64,000 nucleotides of DNA from Candidatus Staskawiczbacteria bacterium RIFOXYB1_FULL_38_37 (lineage in GTDB: Bacteria > Patescibacteriota > Minisyncoccia > Minisyncoccales > Staskawiczbacteraceae), in NCBI GenBank assembly GCA_001822075.1, contig MHPK01000002.1, positions 75,872 to 139,871 of the forward strand. Reading direction: 5' to 3'. Within the stretch, counting starts at the first letter, position 1; each line of letters starts with the position of its first letter. The position numbers and the translations under genes were made by a program. The notes beneath the pieces were generated by a model. That model worked only from the letters and a program-made list of their open reading frames with translations, had not been told where the DNA came from and searched no databases. Positions 27,782 to 36,578 of this stretch are shown here, in pieces.

Positions 27782-28558
27782 ATGTCAAATTCAAAATTTT
27801 GCGATTTAAGAGGCAAGGTGGCAATTGTTACCGGAGCCGGAAAAGGAATGGGCGAGGCAGATTCAATAAAGCTTGCAAATGCCGGAGCTAAAGTTGTTTT
27901 AGTTGATATTTCAAAAGATGATTGCGAAAAGGTTGCCGACGAAATTAAAAAAAATAATGGCGAAGCAATTGTTGTAAAATGCGATGTAAGTAAAAAATCA
28001 GAAGTTGAAAATGTTGTAAAAGAAGCTTTATATGCTTTTGGTAAAATTGATATTCTGGTAAATAATGCCGGGATTTTTCCCTTTGAGCCGTTTTTAGAAA
28101 TGGCGGAAGAAAATTTTGAGAAAGTGATTGATGTAAACTTAAAAGGATATTTTTTAATGGCTCAGGCCTGCGCTAAGGAAATGGTAAAACAAAAATCAGG
28201 AGTTATTGTAAATATATCATCTATTGCAATGGGACAGGTTGGAGTTGGGTTTGCGGGGTTAACGCATTATTGCGCGTCAAAGGGCGGAATTATTGCGATG
28301 TCGCAAGCTATGGCTTTGGAATTGGCTCCTTTTGGAATAAGAGTAAATTGCATTGCCCCGGGAGCTATTGATACTCCGGGAGCCAGCGCAATAAAAATGG
28401 ATGCAAAAGCTATGGAGGCGATGTTAGCTCCCATTCCAATGAAAAGAAAAGGAAAATCAGAGGAAATTGCCAATGCAGTTTTGTTTTTAGTGTCAGATGA
28501 ATCTTCTTATATGACAGGAAGCACTATGGTGGTAGACGGAGGTTGGGTTGCCGGATAA
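27782..28558 (+). CDS. short-chain dehydrogenase/reductase (FabG-like)
   Basis: TGAGKGMG, NNAG, catalytic YCASK. Confidence 0.9.
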   Translation: MSNSKFCDLRGKVAIVTGAGKGMGEADSIKLANAGAKVVLVDISKDDCEKVADEIKKNNGEAIVVKCDVSKKSEVENVVKEALYAFGKIDILVNNAGIFPFEPFLEMAEENFEKVIDVNLKGYFLMAQACAKEMVKQKSGVIVNISSIAMGQVGVGFAGLTHYCASKGGIIAMSQAMALELAPFGIRVNCIAPGAIDTPGASAIKMDAKAMEAMLAPIPMKRKGKSEEIANAVLFLVSDESSYMTGSTMVVDGGWVAG

Positions 28559-28569
28559 TCAAAAAATCA

Positions 28570-28597
28570 TTGACAAGCCCTTTTGATGGGCTAAAAT
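28570..28597 (+). promoter_or_regulatory. sigma70-like promoter
   Basis: TTGACA - 16 nt - TAAAAT. Confidence 0.55.
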
Positions 28598-28603
28598 GGG
28601 GTA

Positions 28604-28761
28604 ATACTTGAAAACAATTAAATCCGAAGCACGAAATTCTAAATCCGAAACAAATTCAAATTTCTAAAGCCCAAACCCCAAAACATGTTTTGAGCATTGG
28701 AAAATTGGAAGTTAGATATTGTTTCGAATTTCGATATTCGAATTTCGAGTTTCTAAAAGTT
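28604..28761 (+). repeat. long imperfect leader hairpin (AAATCCGAA-type arm versus TTCGAATTTCGA-type arm)
   Basis: CA-rich left arm 28620-28688 and TG-rich right arm 28689-28755; CGAAATTC / GAATTTCG complementarity. Confidence 0.5.
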
Positions 28762-28923
28762 ATGCCAGAAGGTTATTGCGTAAAATGCAAAACAAAAAGA
28801 GAAATGAAAGACGCAAAAGAGGTTGAGATGAACGGCAAGGGCGGAAAAAAGAGGTCAGCTATGAAAGGAGTGTGCCCCGTGTGCGGAACAGGAATGTACA
28901 AGATATTAGGGCTGAAAAAATAG
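28762..28923 (+). CDS. small zinc-ribbon protein
   Basis: MPEGYCVKCKTK..GVCPVCGTGMYKILG; start trimmed from 28690. Confidence 0.55.
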   Translation: MPEGYCVKCKTKREMKDAKEVEMNGKGGKKRSAMKGVCPVCGTGMYKILGLKK

Positions 28924-28934
28924 TTTTTTATTTA

Positions 28935-28967
28935 AAAACGCCGGTTGATTGCAGACAGGCGTTTTTT
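28935..28967 (+). terminator. rho-independent terminator
   Basis: AAAACGCC / GGCGTTTT stem plus T-run. Confidence 0.8.
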
Positions 28968-28972
28968 CTTAT

Positions 28973-29842
28973 ATGAAAAATAGATATATTTTGTTGTTTG
29001 CAGGGTTTTTGCTTTTGCTGAACGTTTTTTGCTGGCAAGAGGTTTTTATTTTAGTTCAAAGCCAAAATTTGTCTGTTTATTTTTTAGATGTGAGGCAGGG
29101 CGATTCAATTTTTATTGAAACTCCGCAAATGCACCAGATTTTAATTGATGGCGGTCCGGATTCGTCTGCATTAAGAGAATTGTCTTCTTTTATGCCTTTT
29201 TTTGACAGGACAATTGATTTAGTTATTTTAACGCACCCCGAAAAAGACCACATGCAAGGCTTAATAGACATTTTGCAAAGGTATAAAGCAGATTATATTT
29301 TATGGACAGGAATAAAAAAAAACGCGTCAGAGCATTCAGCTTGGCTGGATATTTTGCAAGAACAAAAAAATATGGGAGCTAAAATAATAATTGCAGAATC
29401 GGGCCAAAGGATAGTTGCAGGAAACGTTTCAATTGATACGTTGCATCCTCTAACAAATTTAGAAAACCAAGAGCCAAAATCTACCAATAACACTTCTGTT
29501 GTATCTCGTTTAATTTTTGAAGAAAACTCTTTTCTTTTTACAGGAGATATTTCAAGCAGTTTAGAAAAAAAGCTAGTTGTCCAAAATGTTAATTTAAGGT
29601 CAAATGTTTTAAAAATTGCCCACCACGGATCTAAGTATTCAACTTCTGAAGAATTTTTACAAAGTGTTAGTCCAAAAATTGCTGTAATCTCTGTTGGCAA
29701 AAATTCTTACGGACATCCCACACCCGAGGTTTTGCAAAAATTGGAAAATTTTGGTATACATATATTGAGAACAGACAAAGACGGGACAATAAGAATAGAG
29801 AGCGACGGCAATAGCATTAAAATTTTAAATAACAAATTTTAA
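28973..29842 (+). CDS. ComEC-C-terminal-like metallo-beta-lactamase-fold hydrolase
   Basis: TM helix, VYFLDVRQGDSIFIE..ILIDGG, THPEKDHMQG, AHHGSKYS. Confidence 0.75.
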   Translation: MKNRYILLFAGFLLLLNVFCWQEVFILVQSQNLSVYFLDVRQGDSIFIETPQMHQILIDGGPDSSALRELSSFMPFFDRTIDLVILTHPEKDHMQGLIDILQRYKADYILWTGIKKNASEHSAWLDILQEQKNMGAKIIIAESGQRIVAGNVSIDTLHPLTNLENQEPKSTNNTSVVSRLIFEENSFLFTGDISSSLEKKLVVQNVNLRSNVLKIAHHGSKYSTSEEFLQSVSPKIAVISVGKNSYGHPTPEVLQKLENFGIHILRTDKDGTIRIESDGNSIKILNNKF

Positions 29843-29865
29843 ATTTTAATTGAAAGACCTAATTT

Positions 29866-29928
29866 TAAATTTTAAAATTTAAACATTTAGATTTCATTTA
29901 AAATTTAGAATTTAAAATTAAAAATTAT
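29866..29928 (+). repeat. 63-nt AT-only element, copy 1 (identical to 32769-32831)
   Basis: Base-by-base identical; ends 3 nt before ATG 29932. Confidence 0.9.
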
Positions 29929-29931
29929 AGT

Positions 29932-31035
29932 ATGAAAGATTTAGATTTTCCGTTATTTAAAACAAAGCAAGAGCCATACAAAAAGTTTAATTTAACTGAC
30001 CAAAAACAACGTCAGGAATATTTTGAGTACAAAGCAGGCGAGGAAATCAAAAAATTAAGGGAGTATTTAAAAGAAAACACTTTTATTGCATATTTAATGG
30101 GTAAAAAATCTTCTGGCAAAGGAACTTACGCTAAAATGTTGGCTGAGGTTGTAGACAAGGACAAAATTGCTCATTTTTCAATTGGGGACATGGTGAGGTC
30201 TTTTGACGAAGTTATAAAAGACCCGGAAAAAAGAAAGGGAATTAAAGAATATTTGGGAAAAAATTACAGGGGTTTTATGCCTTTAGAAAAAATAATGGAA
30301 TCTTGGGACAACCGGAGCACAAAAACTCTTTTGCCGTCAGAATTGATTTTAGCTTTGATAAAAAGAGAAATAGCAAAATTAGGCAGAAAAGCAATTTTTA
30401 TAGATGGATTTCCGCGCGATGTTGACCAGGTTTCTTATTCTTTGTTTTTCCGCGACTTGATAAATTACAGGGAAGACCCCGATGTGTTTGTTTTAATAGA
30501 CGTGCCAAGCTCTGTAATTGACGAGCGCATAAAATATAGGGTTGTCTGCCCTGCCTGCAACACTTCAAGGAATTTAAAGCTTTTGGCAACAAAGGTAGTT
30601 GAGTATGATAAAAAAGAAAAAAAATTCCATTTGCTTTGCGACAATTCTGCATGCCCGTCGCTAAAAACCGGAAAACCAGCCAGAATGGTTACAAAAGAGG
30701 GAGATGAACAGGGTATTGGCCCCATAAAAGAAAGGCTGGATAAAGACGAGATGCTGATAAAAGAAGCTTATAAATTACAGGGGATTCCAAAAGTGCTTTT
30801 AAGAAACTCAATCCCGGTTAATAAAGCAAAAGATTTTGCAGATGATTATGAAATAACTCCCGAGTATGTTTATAAATTTGATGAAAAAGAAAATCCGCCT
30901 GCTGGCGGAAAAGTTGAAATTTTAGAAAAGCCGTGGGAAATAAAAGACGACGAGGGAGTTTTATCAAACTCATTGATGCCTCCTCCAGTTGTTGTTTCTT
31001 TAATAAGGCAATTAGTGTCTGCGCTAAACATTTAA
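29932..31035 (+). CDS. adenylate-kinase-family protein with N- and C-terminal extensions
   Basis: P-loop GKKSSGKGT, FIDGFPRDVDQV, zinc-lid-like CPACN..C..C. Confidence 0.55.
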   Translation: MKDLDFPLFKTKQEPYKKFNLTDQKQRQEYFEYKAGEEIKKLREYLKENTFIAYLMGKKSSGKGTYAKMLAEVVDKDKIAHFSIGDMVRSFDEVIKDPEKRKGIKEYLGKNYRGFMPLEKIMESWDNRSTKTLLPSELILALIKREIAKLGRKAIFIDGFPRDVDQVSYSLFFRDLINYREDPDVFVLIDVPSSVIDERIKYRVVCPACNTSRNLKLLATKVVEYDKKEKKFHLLCDNSACPSLKTGKPARMVTKEGDEQGIGPIKERLDKDEMLIKEAYKLQGIPKVLLRNSIPVNKAKDFADDYEITPEYVYKFDEKENPPAGGKVEILEKPWEIKDDEGVLSNSLMPPPVVVSLIRQLVSALNI

Positions 31036-31072
31036 ATCTTGACCTTGTTGTTTGGGGTATTATAATAAAGAT

Positions 31073-31229
31073 AGCTCTGATGTTGAAATAGATTCTACAC
31101 GAACTTTTTATAGGGAGCCCAATTATTTGTTGCGGCCGTGGCCGCAACGTGAGGGCACCCACTTTAATTTTGCTAGAATCTTACCTAATATCAGAGCAAC
31201 TAAAAAACGCTTAGCAAGGCGTTTTTTAG
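31073..31229 (+). ncRNA. candidate small structured RNA of unknown class
   Basis: TTGACC-16-TATAAT at 31039-31066; closing helices GCUCUGAU/AUCAGAGC and AGAUUCUA/UAGAAUCU; apical GUUGCGGCC/GGCCGCAAC stem; ends at the terminator. Confidence 0.3.
31202..31227. terminator. bidirectional terminator
   Basis: AAAAAACGC-TTAGCAAG-GCGTTTTTT. Confidence 0.8.
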
Positions 31230-31235
31230 TTGGAT

Positions 31236-31306
31236 TCGGGGAAGGGAGAATCGAACTCCCGCCGCACGCACCCCATGCGTGAATCCTGCCATTGGACCAT
31301 TCCCCG
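31236..31306 (-). tRNA. tRNA-Pro (GGG)
   Basis: Hand-folded cloverleaf: CGGGGAA/TTCCCCG acceptor, anticodon loop AUGGGGU, T-arm GGGAG-UUCGAUU-CUCCC. Confidence 0.9.
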
Positions 31307-31323
31307 CCTCGCTTTTCATCGCG

Positions 31324-31509
31324 CTATACCCTTGAGAGCCTTTTAATACACTTGGCGCATGCTAAAACTCTTTTGCCAGACGCTAATCTAACCCACTGCA
31401 AATTCGGGTACTTTCTTTTTTTGGAAGTAGGATTGTATTTTCCCCTCAATTTAACAAGAGTCCTTCCCATTGAAGATTTTTTCTTGCAGATTGCGCAAAC
31501 TTTCTCCAT
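31324..31509 (-). CDS. rpmB: 50S ribosomal protein L28
   Basis: MEKVCAICKKKSSMGRTLV..NPTSKKRKYPNLQ..CAKCIK; start trimmed from 31539. Confidence 0.8.
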   Translation of the reverse strand: MEKVCAICKKKSSMGRTLVKLRGKYNPTSKKRKYPNLQWVRLASGKRVLACAKCIKRLSRV

Positions 31510-31573
31510 AAAACATAAAACACAAAACATAAAACACAAAACAAGTTTGTTATGTGTTCCATGTTATGTGCTG
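31507..31573 (-). repeat. CA-arm/TG-arm imperfect hairpin with the rpmB start codon at its 3' foot
   Basis: Minus strand reads CACATAACATGGAACACATAACAAAC-TT-GTTTTGTGTTTTATGTTTTGTGTTTTATGTTTTATG. Confidence 0.5.
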
Positions 31574-31645
31574 TAATTATTTTTTATTTTATCACATCTT
31601 TGTATTTTTTACAAGACGTGTTATGATAGATAAAAAAGATAATAT

Positions 31646-32287
31646 ATGTTTACAGCAACGGTTATCACAATTTTTTCTCTGATTGTTTTATTATTTTCTG
31701 TGATAATCCATGAATTAGCTCACGGCTATGTGGCTTTCTCTTTGGGCGACCCTACAGCAAAATATGCGGGCAGGCTTACCTTAAACCCCTTAAAACACTT
31801 AGACCCTTTGGGCTCTGTTATTGTCCCGCTTTTGTTGTTGTTTGCCACAGCCGGTCAGGGCCCGATTTTTGGCTGGGCAAAGCCAGTTCCCATAAACCCG
31901 TATAATTTCAAAGACCAGAAATGGGGTTCTTTAAAAGTTGCAGTTTCAGGCCCTGCCGCAAATTTTGCAATTGCAATATTTTTTGGCTTGTTAACAAGAA
32001 TGATAAATTTGCCTGCCACAGTTCCCTTTATCGAACTGATTGGAATTATAACAATATATAATTTTTTGTGGGCAATATTTAATTTGGTGCCAATACCTCC
32101 GCTTGACGGCTCATGGATTCTTTTCAGATTTTTGCCATTAGGTTCTGAAAAAGTGAAGATATTCTTGCAGCAATACGGGCTTTTTATTTTGATATTTTTT
32201 ATATTTTTCGGCGGACTTTCATGGCTGGTGCAACTTTCTCAAATACTATACAGCCTGGTTGTGGGGGCACCATTTTTGTTTATTTAA
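31646..32287 (+). CDS. site-2 protease family (M50) membrane metalloprotease
   Basis: HELAHG motif in the first TM region, LNPLKHLDP, multiple TM helices. Confidence 0.8.
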   Translation: MFTATVITIFSLIVLLFSVIIHELAHGYVAFSLGDPTAKYAGRLTLNPLKHLDPLGSVIVPLLLLFATAGQGPIFGWAKPVPINPYNFKDQKWGSLKVAVSGPAANFAIAIFFGLLTRMINLPATVPFIELIGIITIYNFLWAIFNLVPIPPLDGSWILFRFLPLGSEKVKIFLQQYGLFILIFFIFFGGLSWLVQLSQILYSLVVGAPFLFI

Positions 32288-32294
32288 AAAATTA

Positions 32295-32323
32295 TTGACA
32301 ATAAGAAAATTATTTGCTAACAT
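32295..32323 (+). promoter_or_regulatory. str-operon promoter
   Basis: TTGACA - 17 nt - TAACAT. Confidence 0.55.
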
Positions 32324-32360
32324 TGTACTTACATAAGCGCTTTGCGCTTTTTCAATTGAT

Positions 32361-32771
32361 ATGCCTACAATACACCAATTAATCAAAAAACCAAGAAGGA
32401 ATAAAAAAAAAGCAAAGAAGACTGTTGCCTTGCAGTTTGGTTTTAACGTGCTTAAAAACAGAACGTCTTATTATCCTTCTCCATTCAAAAGGGGAGTATG
32501 CGTAAAAGTTTTTACCCAAACTCCTAAAAAGCCGAACTCAGCTGTAAGAAAGGTGGCCAGAGTAAAGCTTTCAAACGGCATGGAAGTTACAGCCTACATA
32601 CCAGGAGAAGGCCATAATTTGCAAGAGCACTCTATTGTTTTAATAAGGGGCGGAAGGGTTAAAGATTTGCCTGGAGTAAGGTATCATATTGTAAGAGGGG
32701 TTTTAGATACCGCCGGAGTTGAAAACAGAAAACAAACAAGAAGCAAATACGGAACTAAACGCGCGAAATAA
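32361..32771 (+). CDS. rpsL: 30S ribosomal protein S12
   Basis: [31 protein letters not shown]. Confidence 0.97.
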   Translation: MPTIHQLIKKPRRNKKKAKKTVALQFGFNVLKNRTSYYPSPFKRGVCVKVFTQTPKKPNSAVRKVARVKLSNGMEVTAYIPGEGHNLQEHSIVLIRGGRVKDLPGVRYHIVRGVLDTAGVENRKQTRSKYGTKRAK

Positions 32772-32831
32772 ATTTTAAAATTTAAACATTTAGATTTCAT
32801 TTAAAATTTAGAATTTAAAATTAAAAATTAT
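32769..32831 (+). repeat. 63-nt AT-only element, copy 2
   Basis: Identical to 29866-29928; overlaps the rpsL stop and ends 2 nt before ATG 32834. Confidence 0.9.
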
Positions 32832-32833
32832 CG

Positions 32834-33304
32834 ATGAGGAGAGCATATAAAAAACACAAAATAGCCCCCGACAGACTTTATAACGATGTTTTAGTTTCTC
32901 AGTTTATAAACAAAGTTATGGAAAGGGGAAAAAAAACAGTTGCGCAAAAAATTGTGTATTCAGCTTTTGATATTATAAAAGAAAAAACCAAAAAAGAGCC
33001 GATTGAGGTTTTTAAGCTGGCAATTGAAAATGCTTCTCCAATTTTGGAAGTAAAGCCAAAAAGAATTGGGGGAGCCACTTATCAAGTGCCAATGGAAGTA
33101 AGGGGAGAAAGAAGGCTGGCTCTAGCAATCAGGTGGATTTTAGAGGGAGCCAGAAGCAAAAAAGGAAAACCAATGTCAGAAAAATTAGCTGAAGAGTTGA
33201 TTGATGTTTCAAACAACCAAGGAAACGCAATAAGAAAGAAAAACGACACCCACAGAATGGCAGAAGCCAACAAGGCCTTTGCCCACTTCGCCAGGTCCCG
33301 CTAA
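32834..33304 (+). CDS. rpsG: 30S ribosomal protein S7
   Basis: Position after rpsL; [29 protein letters not shown]. Confidence 0.97.
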   Translation: MRRAYKKHKIAPDRLYNDVLVSQFINKVMERGKKTVAQKIVYSAFDIIKEKTKKEPIEVFKLAIENASPILEVKPKRIGGATYQVPMEVRGERRLALAIRWILEGARSKKGKPMSEKLAEELIDVSNNQGNAIRKKNDTHRMAEANKAFAHFARSR

Positions 33305-33320
33305 TCACATATAAGTTTAA

Positions 33321-33349
33321 TTGACTGTTAAGCAATTTTTTGGTATTAT
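33321..33349 (+). promoter_or_regulatory. promoter in front of hicBA
   Basis: TTGACT - 17 nt - TATTAT. Confidence 0.5.
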
Positions 33350-33374
33350 TGAAGTGTAAATATATAATATAAAT

Positions 33375-33596
33375 ATGACACACAAGTTAACTATTGTTAT
33401 AAATAAGGAAAAGAAAGGATATGTTGCCACATCTGTTGATTTGGGCGTGGTTAGCCAAGGAAAAACAATTGAAGAAGCTCAAAATAACTTGAAAGAAGCA
33501 GTTGAACTTTATTTGGAAGATAATCCTAGGGCCAAATCAGAGTTGAGAGGAGCGTCGGCCCCATTAGTGACAACTCTTGAGCTGAAATATACATAA
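33375..33596 (+). CDS. hicB: HicB-like (UPF0150) antitoxin
   Basis: 73 aa; KGYVATSVDLGVVSQGKTIEEAQNNLKEAVELYLE. Confidence 0.7.
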   Translation: MTHKLTIVINKEKKGYVATSVDLGVVSQGKTIEEAQNNLKEAVELYLEDNPRAKSELRGASAPLVTTLELKYT

Positions 33597-33820
33597 TGGC
33601 CAAACCTCTTTCCGCAAAATTGGTTATAAAGGTTTTGTGCAAGGAGTTTGGTTTTTATTTTGTATCTCAGAAAGGCAGCCATGTAAAATTAGCCAGGAAA
33701 GAAAAAGGGAGAGAAATAATAACAGTTGTGCCGCTTAAAAAGGAATTATTGGAAGGTACCTTAAAAGGAGTTTTAAAACTCGCAAAAGTGGAAGAAAAAG
33801 AATTCAGAAAAAAAATATAA
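33596..33820 (+). CDS. hicA: HicA-like mRNA interferase toxin
   Basis: 74 aa; QKGSHVKL motif; TAATG overlap with hicB. Confidence 0.7.
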   Translation: MAKPLSAKLVIKVLCKEFGFYFVSQKGSHVKLARKEKGREIITVVPLKKELLEGTLKGVLKLAKVEEKEFRKKI

Positions 33821-33912
33821 AAAAAGACCCCGAGTCCTTCTTCTGGTCAAGTTAATGAGTGTTAACCTGCCGGCCGGAAAGTAGGCCTGAAGAGTTTGAG
33901 AAATTGAAAATT

Positions 33913-35985
33913 ATGAGACAACATCCTTTAGATAAACTTAGAAACATTGGGATTATTGCCCACATTGACGCAGGAAAAACAACTTTTTCCGAGCGGCTTT
34001 TGTTTTATACAGGAGTTTCCCACAAAATAGGAGAAGTGCACGAGGGAGAAGCTGTTATGGACTGGATGGTCCAGGAAAGGGAAAGGGGAATTACAATTAC
34101 TTCAGCTGCCACAACAATGTATTGGAAAGACCACCAGATAAACTTGATTGATACTCCCGGCCACATTGACTTTACAGCAGAAGTGCAGAGGTCTTTGCGT
34201 GTTTTAGACGGAGCTGTTGTTGTTTTTGACGGAGTAGCAGGCGTTGAGCCCCAGTCTGAAACCGTGTGGCGCCAGGCAGACAAATACAAAGTTCCAAGAA
34301 TGTGCTTTATAAACAAGCTCGACAGAATGGGAGCTTCTTTTGAAAAAAGCTTTAATTCAATTTTAAAAAAGCTCACGAAAAATGCGGTAGCTGTGCAAAT
34401 TCCAATAGGCCTTGAAGAAAAGCTGGAAGGAGTAATTGATTTAATAAAAATGAAAGCAATTTATTTTGAAAGCGAAAAAGGCATGCAAGTTGCAGAAAAA
34501 GAAATTCCGGAAGATTTTAAAAAAGAAGCTGAAGTCTGGCGCCACAAAATGGTAGAAAAAATTGCAGGAGAAGATGATTCTTTGACAGAAAAATTTTTAG
34601 AAGGCAAGGATATTCCAGCGCAAGAGCTTAAAAAAGTTTTAAGAAAAGCCGTATTAGATTACAAATTAATTCCTGTTTTGTGCGGGTCAGCTCTAAAAAA
34701 CAAAGGAGTTCAGCCCGTTTTAGACGCTGTTGTTGAATATCTGCCCTCGCCTCTGGAGGTTCCTTCTCAGCAGGGAACTGACCCTAAAACAGCAGCTGTA
34801 ATAGAAAAAAAGTCATCTGATGAAGAGCCGTTTGCAGCTTTGGTTTTTAAAGTTGCAACAGATCCTTATGTTGGAACTTTAACCTTTTTTAGGGTATATT
34901 CTGGAGTTTTGAGAAAGGGCTCTTATGTTTTGAACGCAAACACAGGCGAGCAGGAAAGAATTGCCAGAATTTTAAGAATGCACGCTGACTCGCGCCAGGA
35001 GCTTGATATTTTGTATGCAGGAGAAATAGGAGCTACCGTGGGTTTGAAAGCCACAAGCACGGGACATACTTTGTGCGACAAAGAGCGCCCTGTTGTTTTA
35101 GAAAAAATTGTTTTTCCGGAGCCTGTTATTTCAATTCGCGTGGAGCCAAAAACAAAAGCTGACCAGGAAAAGCTTATTATGTCTATTAGAAAACTTACAG
35201 ATGAAGACCCGACCTTCAGAATTAAAGAAGATTTAGAAACCGGCGAAACTATTATTTCCGGAATGGGCGAATTGCATTTAGATATTATAGCTGACAGATT
35301 AAGAAGAGAATTTAATGTTGAGGCAAATTATGGCAGGCCCCAGGTGGCTTATAAAGAAACAATCACAGGAGAAGCAGAAGCCGAAGAAAAATATGTCAGA
35401 CAGTCTGGAGGAAAAGGACAATACGGACACGTGCTGTTAAGAGTTAAGCCGAAAGAAAGGGGAGCTGGCTTTGAATTTATTGATGAAATTAAAGGAGGCG
35501 CCATTCCAAAAGAATTTATTAAGCCGGTTGAAAAAGGAGTTGTGGAGGCAATGGACAAAGGAATTGTTGCGGGCTATCCTATGGTTGATGTTGAAGTTAC
35601 TCTTTACGATGGAAGCTATCACGATGTTGACTCGTCTGAATTTGCCTTTAAAATTGCAGGGTCTATGGCTTTTCAGGCAGCAGCTAAAAGAGCAAAGCCT
35701 GTTATTTTAGAGCCGATAATGAAAATAGAAGTTGTTACTCCGCCTGATTTTTTCGGGCAGGTTATTTCTGATTTAAGTTCAAGAAGAGGAAAAATTGAAG
35801 AAACCTCAGAAAGGCTTGAAATGAAAGTTATTGATGCTTTGGTTCCTTTGTCTGAAATGTTTGGATATGTTACAGCATTAAGGTCTTTAACAGAAGGCAG
35901 GGCATCTTCAACAATGGAATTTAACAGCTACGAACAAGTTCCTTCAAACATTGCCCAAGAAATTATTGACGGAAAAAGGCAGTAA
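33913..35985 (+). CDS. fusA: elongation factor G
   Basis: [21 protein letters not shown]; start trimmed from 33859. Confidence 0.97.
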   Translation: MRQHPLDKLRNIGIIAHIDAGKTTFSERLLFYTGVSHKIGEVHEGEAVMDWMVQERERGITITSAATTMYWKDHQINLIDTPGHIDFTAEVQRSLRVLDGAVVVFDGVAGVEPQSETVWRQADKYKVPRMCFINKLDRMGASFEKSFNSILKKLTKNAVAVQIPIGLEEKLEGVIDLIKMKAIYFESEKGMQVAEKEIPEDFKKEAEVWRHKMVEKIAGEDDSLTEKFLEGKDIPAQELKKVLRKAVLDYKLIPVLCGSALKNKGVQPVLDAVVEYLPSPLEVPSQQGTDPKTAAVIEKKSSDEEPFAALVFKVATDPYVGTLTFFRVYSGVLRKGSYVLNANTGEQERIARILRMHADSRQELDILYAGEIGATVGLKATSTGHTLCDKERPVVLEKIVFPEPVISIRVEPKTKADQEKLIMSIRKLTDEDPTFRIKEDLETGETIISGMGELHLDIIADRLRREFNVEANYGRPQVAYKETITGEAEAEEKYVRQSGGKGQYGHVLLRVKPKERGAGFEFIDEIKGGAIPKEFIKPVEKGVVEAMDKGIVAGYPMVDVEVTLYDGSYHDVDSSEFAFKIAGSMAFQAAAKRAKPVILEPIMKIEVVTPPDFFGQVISDLSSRRGKIEETSERLEMKVIDALVPLSEMFGYVTALRSLTEGRASSTMEFNSYEQVPSNIAQEIIDGKRQ

Positions 35986-35992
35986 AAAAAGA

Positions 35993-36025
35993 GCGCCACG
36001 GTAAAACATAGTTTTGCCGAGGCGC
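35993..36025 (-). terminator. terminator of the antisense micro-operon (hairpin shared with the fusA 3' end)
   Basis: GCGCCACGGTAAAAC-ATA-GTTTTGCCGAGGCGC; the U-run follows only on the minus strand. Confidence 0.7.
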
Positions 36026-36033
36026 ATGATGTA

Positions 36034-36309
36034 TTATGCCCAGCCGCCGTAATCGGTGGAATGGGCAGAGTCCACGTTTCCGCCGTGCGGATTTGTGATT
36101 GCGCTTAGTGCAACATGGTCCAGTTGATTAACTGGTTTTTGCTCTGCCGGCTCTTCGGGAATTTCCCGTTTCAGATAAGCCCTTCTGCATAAAGGTAAGC
36201 TGACAACGCTTACCAATTCCCAGCCCCTTTCAGAAAGGACAGACAGCGTTATACTTTCGTTTGATGTATCTCCCTTAATGTCAATTACAGTAATTTGCCA
36301 CTTTTTCAT
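36034..36309 (-). CDS. small soluble protein, DUF4177-like
   Basis: MKKWQITVIDIKG..ERGWELVSVV; AAGGAG SD; ATGA overlap with the upstream mini-ORF. Confidence 0.5.
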   Translation of the reverse strand: MKKWQITVIDIKGDTSNESITLSVLSERGWELVSVVSLPLCRRAYLKREIPEEPAEQKPVNQLDHVALSAITNPHGGNVDSAHSTDYGGWA

Positions 36310-36416
36310 GACTTTTTCTCCTTTGTTACTGGTTGAAGGCACAAAAGCAAAAAGAGAAATGCTATCAAAAACAAGATGATAGCAATGTTCCCGATGACTT
36401 TAACAGCGGACTTCAT
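36306..36416 (-). CDS. 36-aa single-TM peptide (not in the ORF track)
   Basis: Hand translation MKSAVKVIGNIAIILFLIAFLFLLLCLQPVTKEKKS; AAGGAGAA SD; ATGA overlaps on both sides. Confidence 0.45.
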   Translation of the reverse strand: MKSAVKVIGNIAIILFLIAFLFLLLCLQPVTKEKKS

Positions 36417-36517
36417 AGGCGGTTCTCCTTATCCTTCTTCTTCGGAATTTGGCCTTGAAAAAATAAGAAGATAGCTATCGCTCCTACGAACAGGACGAAG
36501 ATTACATCAAATGACAT
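36413..36517 (-). CDS. 34-aa single-TM peptide (not in the ORF track)
   Basis: Hand translation MSFDVIFVLFVGAIAIFLFFQGQIPKKKDKENRL; TAGGAGAA SD. Confidence 0.45.
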   Translation of the reverse strand: MSFDVIFVLFVGAIAIFLFFQGQIPKKKDKENRL

Positions 36518-36578
36518 AGCAGTTTCTCCTATTTTAGGGACAGTAAATTGTCAAAAAGCAAAAACGAACGATGTTGTT

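Noticed and set aside
31073-31229. SRP (4.5S) RNA identity for the candidate sRNA
   Set aside because: There is no GNAR tetraloop flanked by the conserved domain IV symmetric and asymmetric loop motifs. It is kept only as an unclassified sRNA candidate.
31052-31576. Track ORFs 31052-31282 (+) and 31292-31576 (+)
   Set aside because: The first runs through the terminator and tRNA-Pro. The second is antisense to rpmB and the hairpin element. Neither has coding features.
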